Shown: positions 28,071 through 38,109, counted from the stretch's first letter. The stretch: 64,000 nucleotides of DNA from Fidelibacterota bacterium (GCA_027251445.1 JAPNQO010000079.1:1-64000), one strand, 5' to 3'. Translations and numbers: made by a program. Notes: generated by a model from the letters alone, not told the origin.

Positions 28071-31000
28071 CTACCAGTCGGTACCAATGGAAAAATAATA
28101 CTGGGGTTTTGAATATCCATTTGGATTAACATCCCACGCGGTATCTACTCTAATTAAAACAGGACCTAAAGGGATTTTAACTCCAATACCTGTTCCCGCA
28201 ATAATTGCACTTGCACCATCTGGCAATCTACTATCACCATACTTATTTCGTAAAGCTTCTATTGAATTAAATTCATCTATATCATCCCAGGCAGCACCCA
28301 CATCAAGAAATAAATAGGTACCAAAATTTGAGAAAACAAATTTATTAGGGATGCCAAAAGCAAATAAAAATGGAAACCTAAACTCAAAATTCATTAATAG
28401 AGTATTACTTCCTGTCCTTTCCCAAAAACGATATCCCCTCATTGGAAAAATAAAATCTGATAAGTATACATCTATTAACATTGATGTATTACTTGTGTCA
28501 ATAGGTTGACTCCTGAATCGACTATCATCTTCAACTCCAAGCGTCTCTCCATTCCCCGCTATCCAGTTCTGTAATCCTCCAAGAATAAATTTTTGTGGAT
28601 TAGGACCAAAGCTTTTACCATAGGTTAGCCTGCTTGCTAAACTAGTATATCTACTAAACATAAAGTATTTTCTAAAATCTAATTTAAGTGTCTGATATTT
28701 TAGCTTACTCTGTCCAGCTCCAGGACTAATACTTATGGTTGTATTTTGACGAAAACCATCAATTGGGCCAGTATATCCATAAACAGTATTATCAAATATA
28801 TAACTTGCAGTGTACATCATAACATCAGCAGCATCCCTTGCGCTTTCATAATAACTACCGTAAGAAGAATAATAGTCTTGTTGAAATAAACGATAATCAA
28901 TTTTATTATATGATATACCAGTATCGAATCTATTGAACCTATTGATTGGATATGACATTATACCCTGAAAACCATAGAAACGTAATCTATATAAATTGCC
29001 GTAATAATCAGAAGTTCCATCAGCTTGGTGAAAAATAGATAGGTAATAATCTGCACGATTTTTTAAATAACCATACGTAAAATAATAATCGCTCTTATCT
29101 AAACTAATTACTAACTCAGTACCAAGTGATATTTGGTGATCCCCAAGCACATCACTAAATGCAAACTGTGTCATGCCCTGAGCACCAAAAAAAGTATTAT
29201 AACTTGCGTATCCAGATACAATATCCATCGTTAATCTTGTCTTATATGGTTGAGGGATATAATCGCCATCAGCAGTAATAAGTGAATCTGATACTTGGAA
29301 TTGTGTGGAGTCAGGTTTACTAGACTCATTGTCTCTATTATAATTTCTATATTCTGGAGCAAAAATAAAATTTGAATAATCATTACCGGACGTTCTATTA
29401 ATATTAATACCTCTAGATTTATTTTGTCTAAAGTCTACAAGCACATCATCATCCATAACTTTATTTTCACTAAACTGAGTTGGAGGTGCAGCTTTTTTCT
29501 TCATCTGTAATGGATTTGATAAACGAAAAATATCCCAACCATTATCAGAATATCCTGCAAATACCATCACTTCATCATCTTTTGATATGCTTATTTGGAA
29601 TAAACCTGTTAACAAATTAGTTAACGATTCAATATTTCCATTTTCTATACGATGTCTGTATAAATTAGAAATGCCATTCTCATCAGAAGTATAAAACAAT
29701 ACGTTATCAGTATTAGCCCATACTGGATAATTCTCGCTTGCATCAGAATATGTAATTCTATCTATTGAATTATTAGATATATCAATCGAGTAAATATCTG
29801 TTTGAAAAGATGATATATCAATTAGAGATGCATCTTTAGCTTTACCTCTACTGGAAACGTAAGCAATCTTATTCCCATCCGTACTCCAAGTTGGTTCAGA
29901 GTCAGAGTAAATATCGTTAGTTAAATTTTTTAAAGTTCTATTATTTATATCATAAAGATAAATATCACTAGAACTGACTTTATTACCAACAAAGGCTAAT
30001 AAACTTCCATCCGGGCTCCACGAAGCAGAGAATATTCCATCGAGATCAAAAGTAAGTTTTTCCTTTTTATTTGGCTTTTCTGCATCAATTAAATAAAGTG
30101 CATCTTGTGCGCCTGCTTTTGCAGCAATTACAATCTTTTTGTTATCTGGGGACCAAGAAATTCCAGGTTGAAGCCATTTTAATTCTTCAAAGTCTATTGA
30201 TCGATTGCCTTTAACTAATCTCTTGATCTTTTTACCATCTATTGCATCAATAAGCGTAATATTTGCGAATCCAGATTTATCTTCAAGTATAGCTATTTTA
30301 CTTCCATCTGGAGAAATTGCTGGAGCAATATTATAATAATTATTTTTCTTCTTATGATCAGTTAACCTAATTGAAATATCTTCAATTTCATCTCTACCAT
30401 CAATATCTGGCCAATATTCTTTCTTTAAATATTTATGCCACTGCTTTGTTAACGATTCATAGTCCATACCAATGGCCTTATCAAATCCTTTTTCAGCATT
30501 TTGAGTAAACTTCATAGATGTGAAAATTTCTCCAATTTTTTCTCTACCATACTTTTGAGAAATAAATCTCCAAACAGACTGTCCTCCTTTATAAGCTAAA
30601 AAAGATTCTAATTGTTGCACCGTTGGCATATCTTCATGTACTGCAAGATCTCTTAATATCATATCAGATTGGGTATCCCAATTCATTGATAAGTATTCAG
30701 CTAGGCCCTCGTTAGCCCATAAGGGAACACGCAATCTTACTCTTCCCGAATATACATTCTGTGCAGAACCATAAATCATATCATTAATTAATGCATGAAC
30801 AAGTTCATGATGAATGACATGGCGAAATTGTGCGTAATCCCCTTCAAAAGGAATGACAACCCTATTTTTAAATAATTCTGTTACACCTCCAATACCCTCT
30901 CGCATATAAGGAAGTACAACGTTTGTTTGTTGAAAATCATTATGAGAATGATAAATAATTATTGGTACACGTTTTCTTAGAGTCCAGCGTAAATGCTTAG

Positions 31001-31202
31001 ATATTTGCTCGTAGGCTTCTTCTCCTTTTTCTGCTGTATACTGTGCCAAGTCTGAGGCATCACCATAATAATATATATCAAAATGCGGTGATGTAATGAA
31101 TGACCAGTCGAAGTTGCGATATTGAACTTTATTTTGTCCAAAAGATTGGGCAATTAATAAGTTTACACCCAACAATACTGTAATTGTTATTAACCTAATC
31201 AT
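28071..31202 (-). CDS. Metallopeptidase-like / PD40 (TolB-like propeller) / Omp85 barrel fusion protein
   Basis: Signal peptide; HELVH plus PLWANEGLAEY; repeated (W/I)SPDG motifs; C-terminal barrel with MRGY and terminal YYFSIGTDW. Confidence 0.8.
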   Translation of the reverse strand: MIRLITITVLLGVNLLIAQSFGQNKVQYRNFDWSFITSPHFDIYYYGDASDLAQYTAEKGEEAYEQISKHLRWTLRKRVPIIIYHSHNDFQQTNVVLPYMREGIGGVTELFKNRVVIPFEGDYAQFRHVIHHELVHALINDMIYGSAQNVYSGRVRLRVPLWANEGLAEYLSMNWDTQSDMILRDLAVHEDMPTVQQLESFLAYKGGQSVWRFISQKYGREKIGEIFTSMKFTQNAEKGFDKAIGMDYESLTKQWHKYLKKEYWPDIDGRDEIEDISIRLTDHKKKNNYYNIAPAISPDGSKIAILEDKSGFANITLIDAIDGKKIKRLVKGNRSIDFEELKWLQPGISWSPDNKKIVIAAKAGAQDALYLIDAEKPNKKEKLTFDLDGIFSASWSPDGSLLAFVGNKVSSSDIYLYDINNRTLKNLTNDIYSDSEPTWSTDGNKIAYVSSRGKAKDASLIDISSFQTDIYSIDISNNSIDRITYSDASENYPVWANTDNVLFYTSDENGISNLYRHRIENGNIESLTNLLTGLFQISISKDDEVMVFAGYSDNGWDIFRLSNPLQMKKKAAPPTQFSENKVMDDDVLVDFRQNKSRGININRTSGNDYSNFIFAPEYRNYNRDNESSKPDSTQFQVSDSLITADGDYIPQPYKTRLTMDIVSGYASYNTFFGAQGMTQFAFSDVLGDHQISLGTELVISLDKSDYYFTYGYLKNRADYYLSIFHQADGTSDYYGNLYRLRFYGFQGIMSYPINRFNRFDTGISYNKIDYRLFQQDYYSSYGSYYESARDAADVMMYTASYIFDNTVYGYTGPIDGFRQNTTISISPGAGQSKLKYQTLKLDFRKYFMFSRYTSLASRLTYGKSFGPNPQKFILGGLQNWIAGNGETLGVEDDSRFRSQPIDTSNTSMLIDVYLSDFIFPMRGYRFWERTGSNTLLMNFEFRFPFLFAFGIPNKFVFSNFGTYLFLDVGAAWDDIDEFNSIEALRNKYGDSRLPDGASAIIAGTGIGVKIPLGPVLIRVDTAWDVNPNGYSKPQYYFSIGTDW

Positions 31203-31329
31203 AATTTTAATACTATAATTTAATCTAGAAGATTCAAAAATTAGACACTATTAAATTATCTAAAGTTAAAAATAACATAATTTGAAATAGATTGCCTATG
31301 CAGAAATTTAAAGTTTAGTTTCAAATACA

Positions 31330-32076
31330 ATGAATTTGCCGATATATTTTATTTCAGATATCCATCTCATGGACGAATCGTCTGCTAATTATCCTAAAAC
31401 CAGTAAAAATCTAGAAAGTTTTTTTAATCATGTATCTAATACTGGAGGTACGTTATTTATCAATGGCGATCTATTTGATTTTTATTTTGAATACAAAGAC
31501 GTAATTCCAAAAAAATATTTTTCTTTATATAATCATTTATTTTCACTTAAAAAATCAGGAGTTGAAATTCATTACGTATTAGGTAATCATGATTATTGGG
31601 TTATGGATTTTATTGAAAAACAAATCACTACGAAAACATATCGTAATGATGTTACTCTGGAATTAAATGGTAAAAAATTCTACATTTCACATGGTGATGG
31701 ATATCTTTCATGGGATCATGGTTATCGTCTTTTGAAATATATAATACAAAGTAAACTATTTACTTGGGCTTATAGATGGATACATCCAAATATTGGTTAT
31801 CGAATTGCTGATTGGATTTCAAAAAAGGGCAAGCATTATGATCATTCTAAAGAATACAATCAAAAAGTTCTGAATGAAATGACTTCTTTAGCTCATGAAA
31901 AAATTAATCAGGGATTTGATTATCTAATTTTAGGTCATTATCATCAAGCTGTTGATAAATCAGTAGAAAATGGAAAATTAATTATTTTAGGTGATTGGCT
32001 TTCTTTTTTTACTTATGGATATTTTGATGGTAATGAACTTTCATTGTTGAAATGGAAGGAAGATGCAGCCTCTTAA
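31330..32076 (+). CDS. lpxH: UDP-2,3-diacylglucosamine diphosphatase
   Basis: ISDIH, GDLFDF, GNHD, HGDG, GHYH, LGDW metallophosphoesterase motifs. Confidence 0.88.
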   Translation: MNLPIYFISDIHLMDESSANYPKTSKNLESFFNHVSNTGGTLFINGDLFDFYFEYKDVIPKKYFSLYNHLFSLKKSGVEIHYVLGNHDYWVMDFIEKQITTKTYRNDVTLELNGKKFYISHGDGYLSWDHGYRLLKYIIQSKLFTWAYRWIHPNIGYRIADWISKKGKHYDHSKEYNQKVLNEMTSLAHEKINQGFDYLILGHYHQAVDKSVENGKLIILGDWLSFFTYGYFDGNELSLLKWKEDAAS

Positions 32077-33202
32077 ACATATACTCCTTTTATTCTTAAC
32101 TTTATTTATTTTCAGTAGTTGTTCATTAATTAAGAAAATATTCCCCGGCGATGAAGATGAAGGGCCTAGTGTTACTTTTGAACTAATAGACAAATTGAGA
32201 ATAGCATATGAAGATGGACGAATTCAAGCATTGGAAGAATTAATTTCAATATATAATGATAGTAGTTTACCATTTGAAGCAAGAATAGAAGCTGGTCGAG
32301 TTTTAGGAGAATCTCAACATCCAACAGCACTTAATGCTATTGCTCAGGCCGTTGCAAGTGGAGCGGCTTTAGATATAACGTTTATGGAAGAATCAATAAA
32401 GTTATTAGCAAAGTTTAGAGAAAATCCAAAAGCAGCTGAAGCCATGATCCAAGGAATGGAGAATATTGAATTAAAAACAAACAGTTTACACATGACTTTA
32501 GTAAGAAGTTTGAACAAAATTCGCGTTGAAGACCAGGTATTAGCTTTACTTGATCTGTATGAAATCGCACATGCAAATGTTGAACGTACTGATTTATTAT
32601 TAACTGAAACATTGGGAGCTATTGGAACAGAAGAAGTTGTCCCTATTCTAGTAAGTATTGCAAAGAATACAAGTTTAAAGATTGGAGTAAGAAATCGTGC
32701 TGTAGAAATACTTGGTAAAAAAGATCCTGCTGATGTTGCGAACGCTTTTGCTGAACTCTTAGATGACCCAGCTACTAATCTTGAAGTTCGAGAATTTGCA
32801 TTGAAAACTATGAAAGGAGTTAGGCAAGAAAATTTAGTGTTAGCCCTTTTAAATACATATAATGCTGGTAGAGGTGAGTATTATAGTTTATTAAATACCT
32901 TGCTAGAAGCGCTTGGAAACTTTGATGATCCTCAAGTTTTTAAAGCCATTATTGAGATTGGTTTGACTGAAGATTTACCACTTGATTTAAGAAAAAAAGC
33001 TATAGAAAGTCTAGGTGGATTAAATAATCCAAATGTTATACCTAGATTTTTACCACTTTTAGGCGATGCTAAAAATTATACTTTGCATGGTTCTATTATT
33101 CAAATGATTGGAAGGCTTGGTCAACAAGATTCTTATCATGAAGAATTACGTCGGCTAGCGTTTACAGCTCATATGAAAGAGAGTCAATATCTTGTACCAT
33201 AA
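32063..33202 (+). CDS. HEAT-repeat lipoprotein
   Basis: FSSC lipobox; repeated (V/A)R..A...LG helical repeats. Confidence 0.75.
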   Translation: MQPLKHILLLFLTLFIFSSCSLIKKIFPGDEDEGPSVTFELIDKLRIAYEDGRIQALEELISIYNDSSLPFEARIEAGRVLGESQHPTALNAIAQAVASGAALDITFMEESIKLLAKFRENPKAAEAMIQGMENIELKTNSLHMTLVRSLNKIRVEDQVLALLDLYEIAHANVERTDLLLTETLGAIGTEEVVPILVSIAKNTSLKIGVRNRAVEILGKKDPADVANAFAELLDDPATNLEVREFALKTMKGVRQENLVLALLNTYNAGRGEYYSLLNTLLEALGNFDDPQVFKAIIEIGLTEDLPLDLRKKAIESLGGLNNPNVIPRFLPLLGDAKNYTLHGSIIQMIGRLGQQDSYHEELRRLAFTAHMKESQYLVP

Positions 33203-33989
33203 AAGAATATTGTTTTTATTAATTATCAATTTTTTAATTGGTCAAGACACTACTATGACAGATAATAAAACGAGTGAAGCATTAATTGATACAAGTATGC
33301 TTGATACTAGTCTAATACCAATTCCAAGTTTGCGTGATGATAAGGATACTCTATCTCTTCTACCGGTTGGTAAACCATTTTTTAATTACGATTCAGATAT
33401 TAAAGAATTACAAAGTCAAATTGATTCACTCAGAGCAATGGTAAGCCTTCTTCAAAAGTTTCAATCGATGCCAACATTAAATCAAGATATCATCAATCTC
33501 ATCAAAGTTCCTGATATGCAACATAGAATAGAATTGACAAATGGGACAGTAGTTATGGGTGAAATTATTGATGAAAATTCAGATGAATTATTTATTCAGA
33601 CGACTCTAGGACGTTTGGCAATAACTAAAGATAAAGTTATTTCGGTTCAACAGGAGCTTCCTCCCGGTCCAAAAGTTGAACTAGTAGGCGAACCAAATGT
33701 AAATGTATTTCCAGATAGAGAAGAAATTATTGGTACAGTTATTAATACTGGGGAGATAAGAGCTGATTTTGTACGAACAGAGGCTAAGCTTTGGTCTCCC
33801 TCAACTAAATTGATTGTAGTTGATTCTGCATTTGTAGATGGTAATATGATAACATATAAATCTGGTGTTATTAGCGATACTTCTCTTAACCCTGGAGAAA
33901 CTGCTAGCTTCAAAATAACAATTCAAAAACCAAGTATACCAGAAGTTGGATATAGAACTTATGCAATCCGTTGGGTTCGTACTTTTTAA
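33192..33989 (+). CDS. Exported hypothetical protein (coiled coil, small beta domain, FxLYD-like Ig domain)
   Basis: Signal peptide; IKELQSQIDSLRAMV coil; IELTNGTVVMGEI; GTVINTG...LNPGETASF. Confidence 0.65.
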   Translation: MYHKRILFLLIINFLIGQDTTMTDNKTSEALIDTSMLDTSLIPIPSLRDDKDTLSLLPVGKPFFNYDSDIKELQSQIDSLRAMVSLLQKFQSMPTLNQDIINLIKVPDMQHRIELTNGTVVMGEIIDENSDELFIQTTLGRLAITKDKVISVQQELPPGPKVELVGEPNVNVFPDREEIIGTVINTGEIRADFVRTEAKLWSPSTKLIVVDSAFVDGNMITYKSGVISDTSLNPGETASFKITIQKPSIPEVGYRTYAIRWVRTF

Positions 33990-34122
33990 TTCTTTTTATT
34001 TGATTCTATTAAATTAATTAATAATTATCTTTTAGTTTATTACCATAAGTTATTTTCTATTTTATATAAATTATAGGCAATGACTTGTATTTCCTTTGTA
34101 TTGTTAATATTTTAGAGTAATG

Positions 34123-34156
34123 ATTTTTAATCATAAACATATATATGATTAAAAAT
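34123..34156. repeat. Perfect 13-bp inverted repeat upstream of the bactofilin cluster
   Basis: ATTTTTAATCATA (34123-34135), 8-nt spacer, TATGATTAAAAAT (34144-34156). Confidence 0.85.
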
Positions 34157-34199
34157 GCATAATAACCGAGGTAAAAAGGGAAATATTCAGGAGTAATTT

Positions 34200-34538
34200 A
34201 TGTCTGACCCTATTAGTAATATTGAGGGAGATATCCGTGTAAATGGTACTTTATCATGTGATGGAGACCTTATTATAGATGGACAATTAGAAGGTGAATT
34301 ATCTGTAAAAGGGAACCTAACCATTACAGAGATAGGTAATGTTGCTGCAGATACTCAAGCTTCTAGATTAACTGTATCCGGAAAACTTAAAGGAAAAGTT
34401 AATGCAGATAATGGTGTTTTGATAAAATCGACAGCGAGCGTCTTAGGGCCAATTGAAACAAATCAAATCATAATTGAAGATGGAGCCGACTATTCGGGTA
34501 CAGTAAATATGAATGTTGAATTACCAAAAGACCTATAA
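34200..34538 (+). CDS. Bactofilin (polymer-forming cytoskeletal protein)
   Basis: Gly-spaced beta-helix pattern GTL...GDLIIDGQLEGEL...IEDGADYSGTV; RBS AGGAG. Confidence 0.92.
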   Translation: MSDPISNIEGDIRVNGTLSCDGDLIIDGQLEGELSVKGNLTITEIGNVAADTQASRLTVSGKLKGKVNADNGVLIKSTASVLGPIETNQIIIEDGADYSGTVNMNVELPKDL

Positions 34539-34563
34539 CTATTTTGAGAGGTATTAATTAATT

Positions 34564-34878
34564 ATGCCAAAAACAACTATTGGAAAATCATTATTTCTCG
34601 ATGGTGAATTAACCGGAAAAGATGGTTTAATCATTAAAGGTAAACTTAATGGAAATATAAAAGTTGAAGGAAGTATTTTAGTAGAAAAAGATGCTATTGT
34701 AAAAGCTGATATTCATGCAAATAATGTAAAAATATCAGGTGAGGTCAAAGGCAACATTTCTTCAACGGGTAACGTGCATTATATGGAAGACTCTACTGTA
34801 ACTGGAGATACAAAAACTTCAAGAATACTTATTGAGGATGGGGCAACGATCAAAGGAAGTGTTCATATTAACATCTAA
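34564..34878 (+). CDS. Bactofilin
   Basis: TTIGKSLFLDGEL...IKGKLNGNI...IEDGATIKGSV. Confidence 0.92.
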   Translation: MPKTTIGKSLFLDGELTGKDGLIIKGKLNGNIKVEGSILVEKDAIVKADIHANNVKISGEVKGNISSTGNVHYMEDSTVTGDTKTSRILIEDGATIKGSVHINI

Positions 34879-34884
34879 AATAAA

Positions 34885-35283
34885 ATGAATAAAAAAGTTC
34901 AAGAAAATATTACTACTCTTCATAAAGATATTTCATTTAATGGAAAACTAGTTGGAGATGAAGATATAATTATATCTGGTCGTTTGGAGGGTGTTCTTCA
35001 AACATCTCAAAATTTAACTATAGAAAAGTCAGGTATAGTTAAAGCAGATATAAAATCTATAAATCTTGTTTTAAGTGGAACTTTAGTTGGTAATGTTAAT
35101 TCTAAAGGAACAGTAATAATTAATAAATCAGGTCGTATGGTTGGAGATATTAAATCTGATAAAATAATTATAAATGCAGGAGCCCAATACAAAGGTACTA
35201 TCCTTACTAAAGGTAGTTCAAAAGTCAGAAGCACACAAAAAATTTCTCCTAAGAAAAATTCTAGATTAAAAACTAAACGTTAA
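34885..35283 (+). CDS. Bactofilin with basic C-terminal tail
   Basis: GKLVGDEDIIISGRLEG...INAGAQYKGTI followed by a Lys/Arg/Ser-rich tail. Confidence 0.92.
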   Translation: MNKKVQENITTLHKDISFNGKLVGDEDIIISGRLEGVLQTSQNLTIEKSGIVKADIKSINLVLSGTLVGNVNSKGTVIINKSGRMVGDIKSDKIIINAGAQYKGTILTKGSSKVRSTQKISPKKNSRLKTKR

Positions 35284-35396
35284 TTTCTATACAGGGTAGC
35301 CTCCCTTAATAACCTTGCAATTATATATTATATTTGTATGATTTTATGAAATTGTATTATAATCAGAAATAAACAGGTGTTTCACTTAAAATAATT

Positions 35397-37193
35397 ATGA
35401 TAAGTCTCATACTATCTGAAAATCACATTCACTATGCTCAATGGGATACAATAGCTGGTTCACAATCAATTGACTTAGTTGGCTCTCTTCCTTTAAAAAC
35501 TCCTCTTTCAGAGTTTAAGCCAGGGACTGAAGAGTTTACAGCAATGCTTGGAAATGAATTTAGCAAATTATCCATGCATATTGATATGGTTGGTAAAGAA
35601 ATTCTGTTAACAATCCCTGATTGGATTGTACATCAAGAATTTATTACTCTAGATAAGGACTTAATAGCTCCAGAAACAAGACAATATCTTGAGTGGATTT
35701 CTGAAAATAGATGGGGAGGAAAAGCATCTCATTTCAATACGTTAGGGTATTGGATTAAATCTGATAAACTAGATAAAAATTATGTAAGAAAGACATTAAT
35801 ACCATCAAATGTGGTTGGAACTCTTAAGCTAACTATAGCTGAACAGGGTGCTAAACCTACATGGATGGGAACTAACTCAGAAGCTCTATTAAACGCTCAA
35901 GATAAAGGTGATATTATATTAGTGAAATCTTCTGGTTTATCGTATGAACTATTTTACAGATACAAACAAGAAGTAGGTTGGGCAAAAATTCGATTTATAA
36001 AAAAGGTTCCTCACATCCAATCCATTAGGGGTCGTAAGCGCTCAATAAATACATTATTAAAAAGGTTAGACCTGTATTTAAAAGGTGAATCAGATTGGCT
36101 CGGTTATGATATAGCTTATATTAATCAACTTAGTGCTGGTAGACGAAAATATTGGGAACGTGAAGGACAATATACTGACTCACCAATGCTGCAACCTTTT
36201 GACAGAGTGAATCTGAGTGGAGAAGTGTCATTTGAAAATCTTTCCGTTCTTCATTTAAATGTGCTTACTTCAATTATAGGAACAATAGATAAGCTTCCTT
36301 TAATTAATTTATTTAACGAACCAGGTATTACACAATATGAAGAGGGGATGGAAATACCTCAAATTGAATCAGAACAAAAAGAAGAAGAATTTATTTCAGA
36401 TGTTAAACAACTTGAAAAAAATAAAGAAGATACAGAAACCGAAAAACCTGTTACTCAAAGCTCTATAGTTACATGGACATTATTTACAATTGCTGTGATA
36501 GCTTTTGCATATTGGATATTTTCTAAAGAATATCCTCAAACAATTAACTATAGGGATCATATCCTAAAATTATCAAAAGAATCATATTCAATGGCTACTA
36601 CAGTCAACTCAATTATTAATGGAATACCTGATAGCTCTTTGATTGAAGCTAAAGTTTTAAATATGACACTGCATTTAGAAATAGCAAACAATGATACTAT
36701 TAATCCTATTTTATTAATAAATGGAAATGAAATTTCTTTTTACCAAGACCAATTATTCTGTTGCAGTGGAACTAAAAATATTTATGATTATATCTTGTAT
36801 ACAAATGATCAACAAGCTGATAAAAATTGGTTAACTATAGAAGATTTAAAAATAATCTTTGAAGATTATCCAATAGACACTGAAATTGAAGATTTATCAA
36901 TGACAAATCGAAATTTCTTAGCTTTTGATAGATTAAAGATTGTAGCTAATAATAAAGATGATCTGATAAGGGCATTAGAACTATCAACAAACTTGAGTGA
37001 AAATATCTTATTGAGAAAAATTGTAGTAACAAACAACCCTGAAGAACCAAAAATCAGGGGAAATCTATATATTGCAGTTATAAGAGAACCATCTTCAGGG
37101 TTCTGGGTCTTTAATATTCAAAATGGTATAAATAATATTAAAGATCTTATTGTCAATTTTGACTTAAGGGCTATAATAAATAAAATTAATTAG
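35397..37193 (+). CDS. Bitopic membrane protein, possibly PilM/GspL-like cytoplasmic domain plus PilN/PilO-like periplasmic part
   Basis: 598-aa ORF; one TM helix at about 36465-36525 after an acidic linker; fold assignment rests on weak pattern resemblance. Confidence 0.55.
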   Translation: MISLILSENHIHYAQWDTIAGSQSIDLVGSLPLKTPLSEFKPGTEEFTAMLGNEFSKLSMHIDMVGKEILLTIPDWIVHQEFITLDKDLIAPETRQYLEWISENRWGGKASHFNTLGYWIKSDKLDKNYVRKTLIPSNVVGTLKLTIAEQGAKPTWMGTNSEALLNAQDKGDIILVKSSGLSYELFYRYKQEVGWAKIRFIKKVPHIQSIRGRKRSINTLLKRLDLYLKGESDWLGYDIAYINQLSAGRRKYWEREGQYTDSPMLQPFDRVNLSGEVSFENLSVLHLNVLTSIIGTIDKLPLINLFNEPGITQYEEGMEIPQIESEQKEEEFISDVKQLEKNKEDTETEKPVTQSSIVTWTLFTIAVIAFAYWIFSKEYPQTINYRDHILKLSKESYSMATTVNSIINGIPDSSLIEAKVLNMTLHLEIANNDTINPILLINGNEISFYQDQLFCCSGTKNIYDYILYTNDQQADKNWLTIEDLKIIFEDYPIDTEIEDLSMTNRNFLAFDRLKIVANNKDDLIRALELSTNLSENILLRKIVVTNNPEEPKIRGNLYIAVIREPSSGFWVFNIQNGINNIKDLIVNFDLRAIINKIN

Positions 37194-37197
37194 TTTT

Positions 37198-38109
37198 TTA
37201 TTTTAACAGGGTAACCATAATTGCATTTTGTATATGTAAACGGTTCTCAGCTTGATCAAAAACAATTGAGTAATCAGCTTCCATTACCTCATCAGTTACT
37301 TCTCTTCCTCTCTCAGCAGGTAAACAATGCATAAACTTTGCATTTTCTCCTGCCTGTGACATTATAGTATGATTTATTTGAAAGGGTTGGAAAATTTCTT
37401 CTCTAATTGCTACTTCCTCTTTCTGACCCATAGATGCCCAAACATCAGTATAAATAACATCAGAATTATTAATTGAATCAAGAGGGTCATTTGTTACAGT
37501 AATTTTTGATAAAGCGATTTCAGTTGATTTATCCAAAGTGTTTTTATCTGGTTCATATCCTGCTGGACATGCGCAAACAAAATCAATTGGAAATTTTTGT
37601 GTTAATTCTAGCCAAGAATGGACAATATTATTTCCATCACCCAGGTAAGAAATTTTTAAATCATCTAAAGACCCCCTGTGTTCCCAGATAGTAAATAAAT
37701 CACTCATTATTTGACATGGATGATTATAATCAGTTAAACCATTAATAACTGGAATACTTGAACTACTTGCAAGATCAAGCATATGTTTATGATCAAATAA
37801 TCTGGCCATAACTAAATCATTATATCGACTTAATAATCTTCCAATATCTTTTATTGCTTCTCTTTTACCAATACCAATATCATTTGGTCCAAGAAATAAT
37901 GCATGTCCACCTAGCCATTCAAACCCTGTTTCGAATGATATTCTTGTTCTAGCTGAAGGCTTAGCAAAAATCATAGCTAGAGATCTGTTAGAAAAAACTT
38001 TATAATTTTCACGATTGCGAAATTTTTCCTTTAAATCTTTTGCTAGATTCATTATATCTAATAACTCATCAGATGAAAAATCATTAATATGTAAAAAATG
38101 ATTATTCAT
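37198..38109 (-). CDS. argF: Ornithine carbamoyltransferase
   Basis: KPSARTRISF, HPCQ, DVWASMG, HCLP, AENRLH. Confidence 0.94.
   Translation of the reverse strand: MNNHFLHINDFSSDELLDIMNLAKDLKEKFRNRENYKVFSNRSLAMIFAKPSARTRISFETGFEWLGGHALFLGPNDIGIGKREAIKDIGRLLSRYNDLVMARLFDHKHMLDLASSSSIPVINGLTDYNHPCQIMSDLFTIWEHRGSLDDLKISYLGDGNNIVHSWLELTQKFPIDFVCACPAGYEPDKNTLDKSTEIALSKITVTNDPLDSINNSDVIYTDVWASMGQKEEVAIREEIFQPFQINHTIMSQAGENAKFMHCLPAERGREVTDEVMEADYSIVFDQAENRLHIQNAIMVTLLK

Noticed and set aside
35315..35342. Sigma-70-like promoter TTGCAA-N16-TATGAT
   Set aside because: Plausible, but such matches are common by chance in DNA this AT-rich, so it is not supportable without TSS data.
37198..38109. SART instead of STRT in argF as a sign of a different transcarbamylase
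   Set aside because: That position varies among OTCases, and the ornithine-binding SMG and HCLP motifs are intact.
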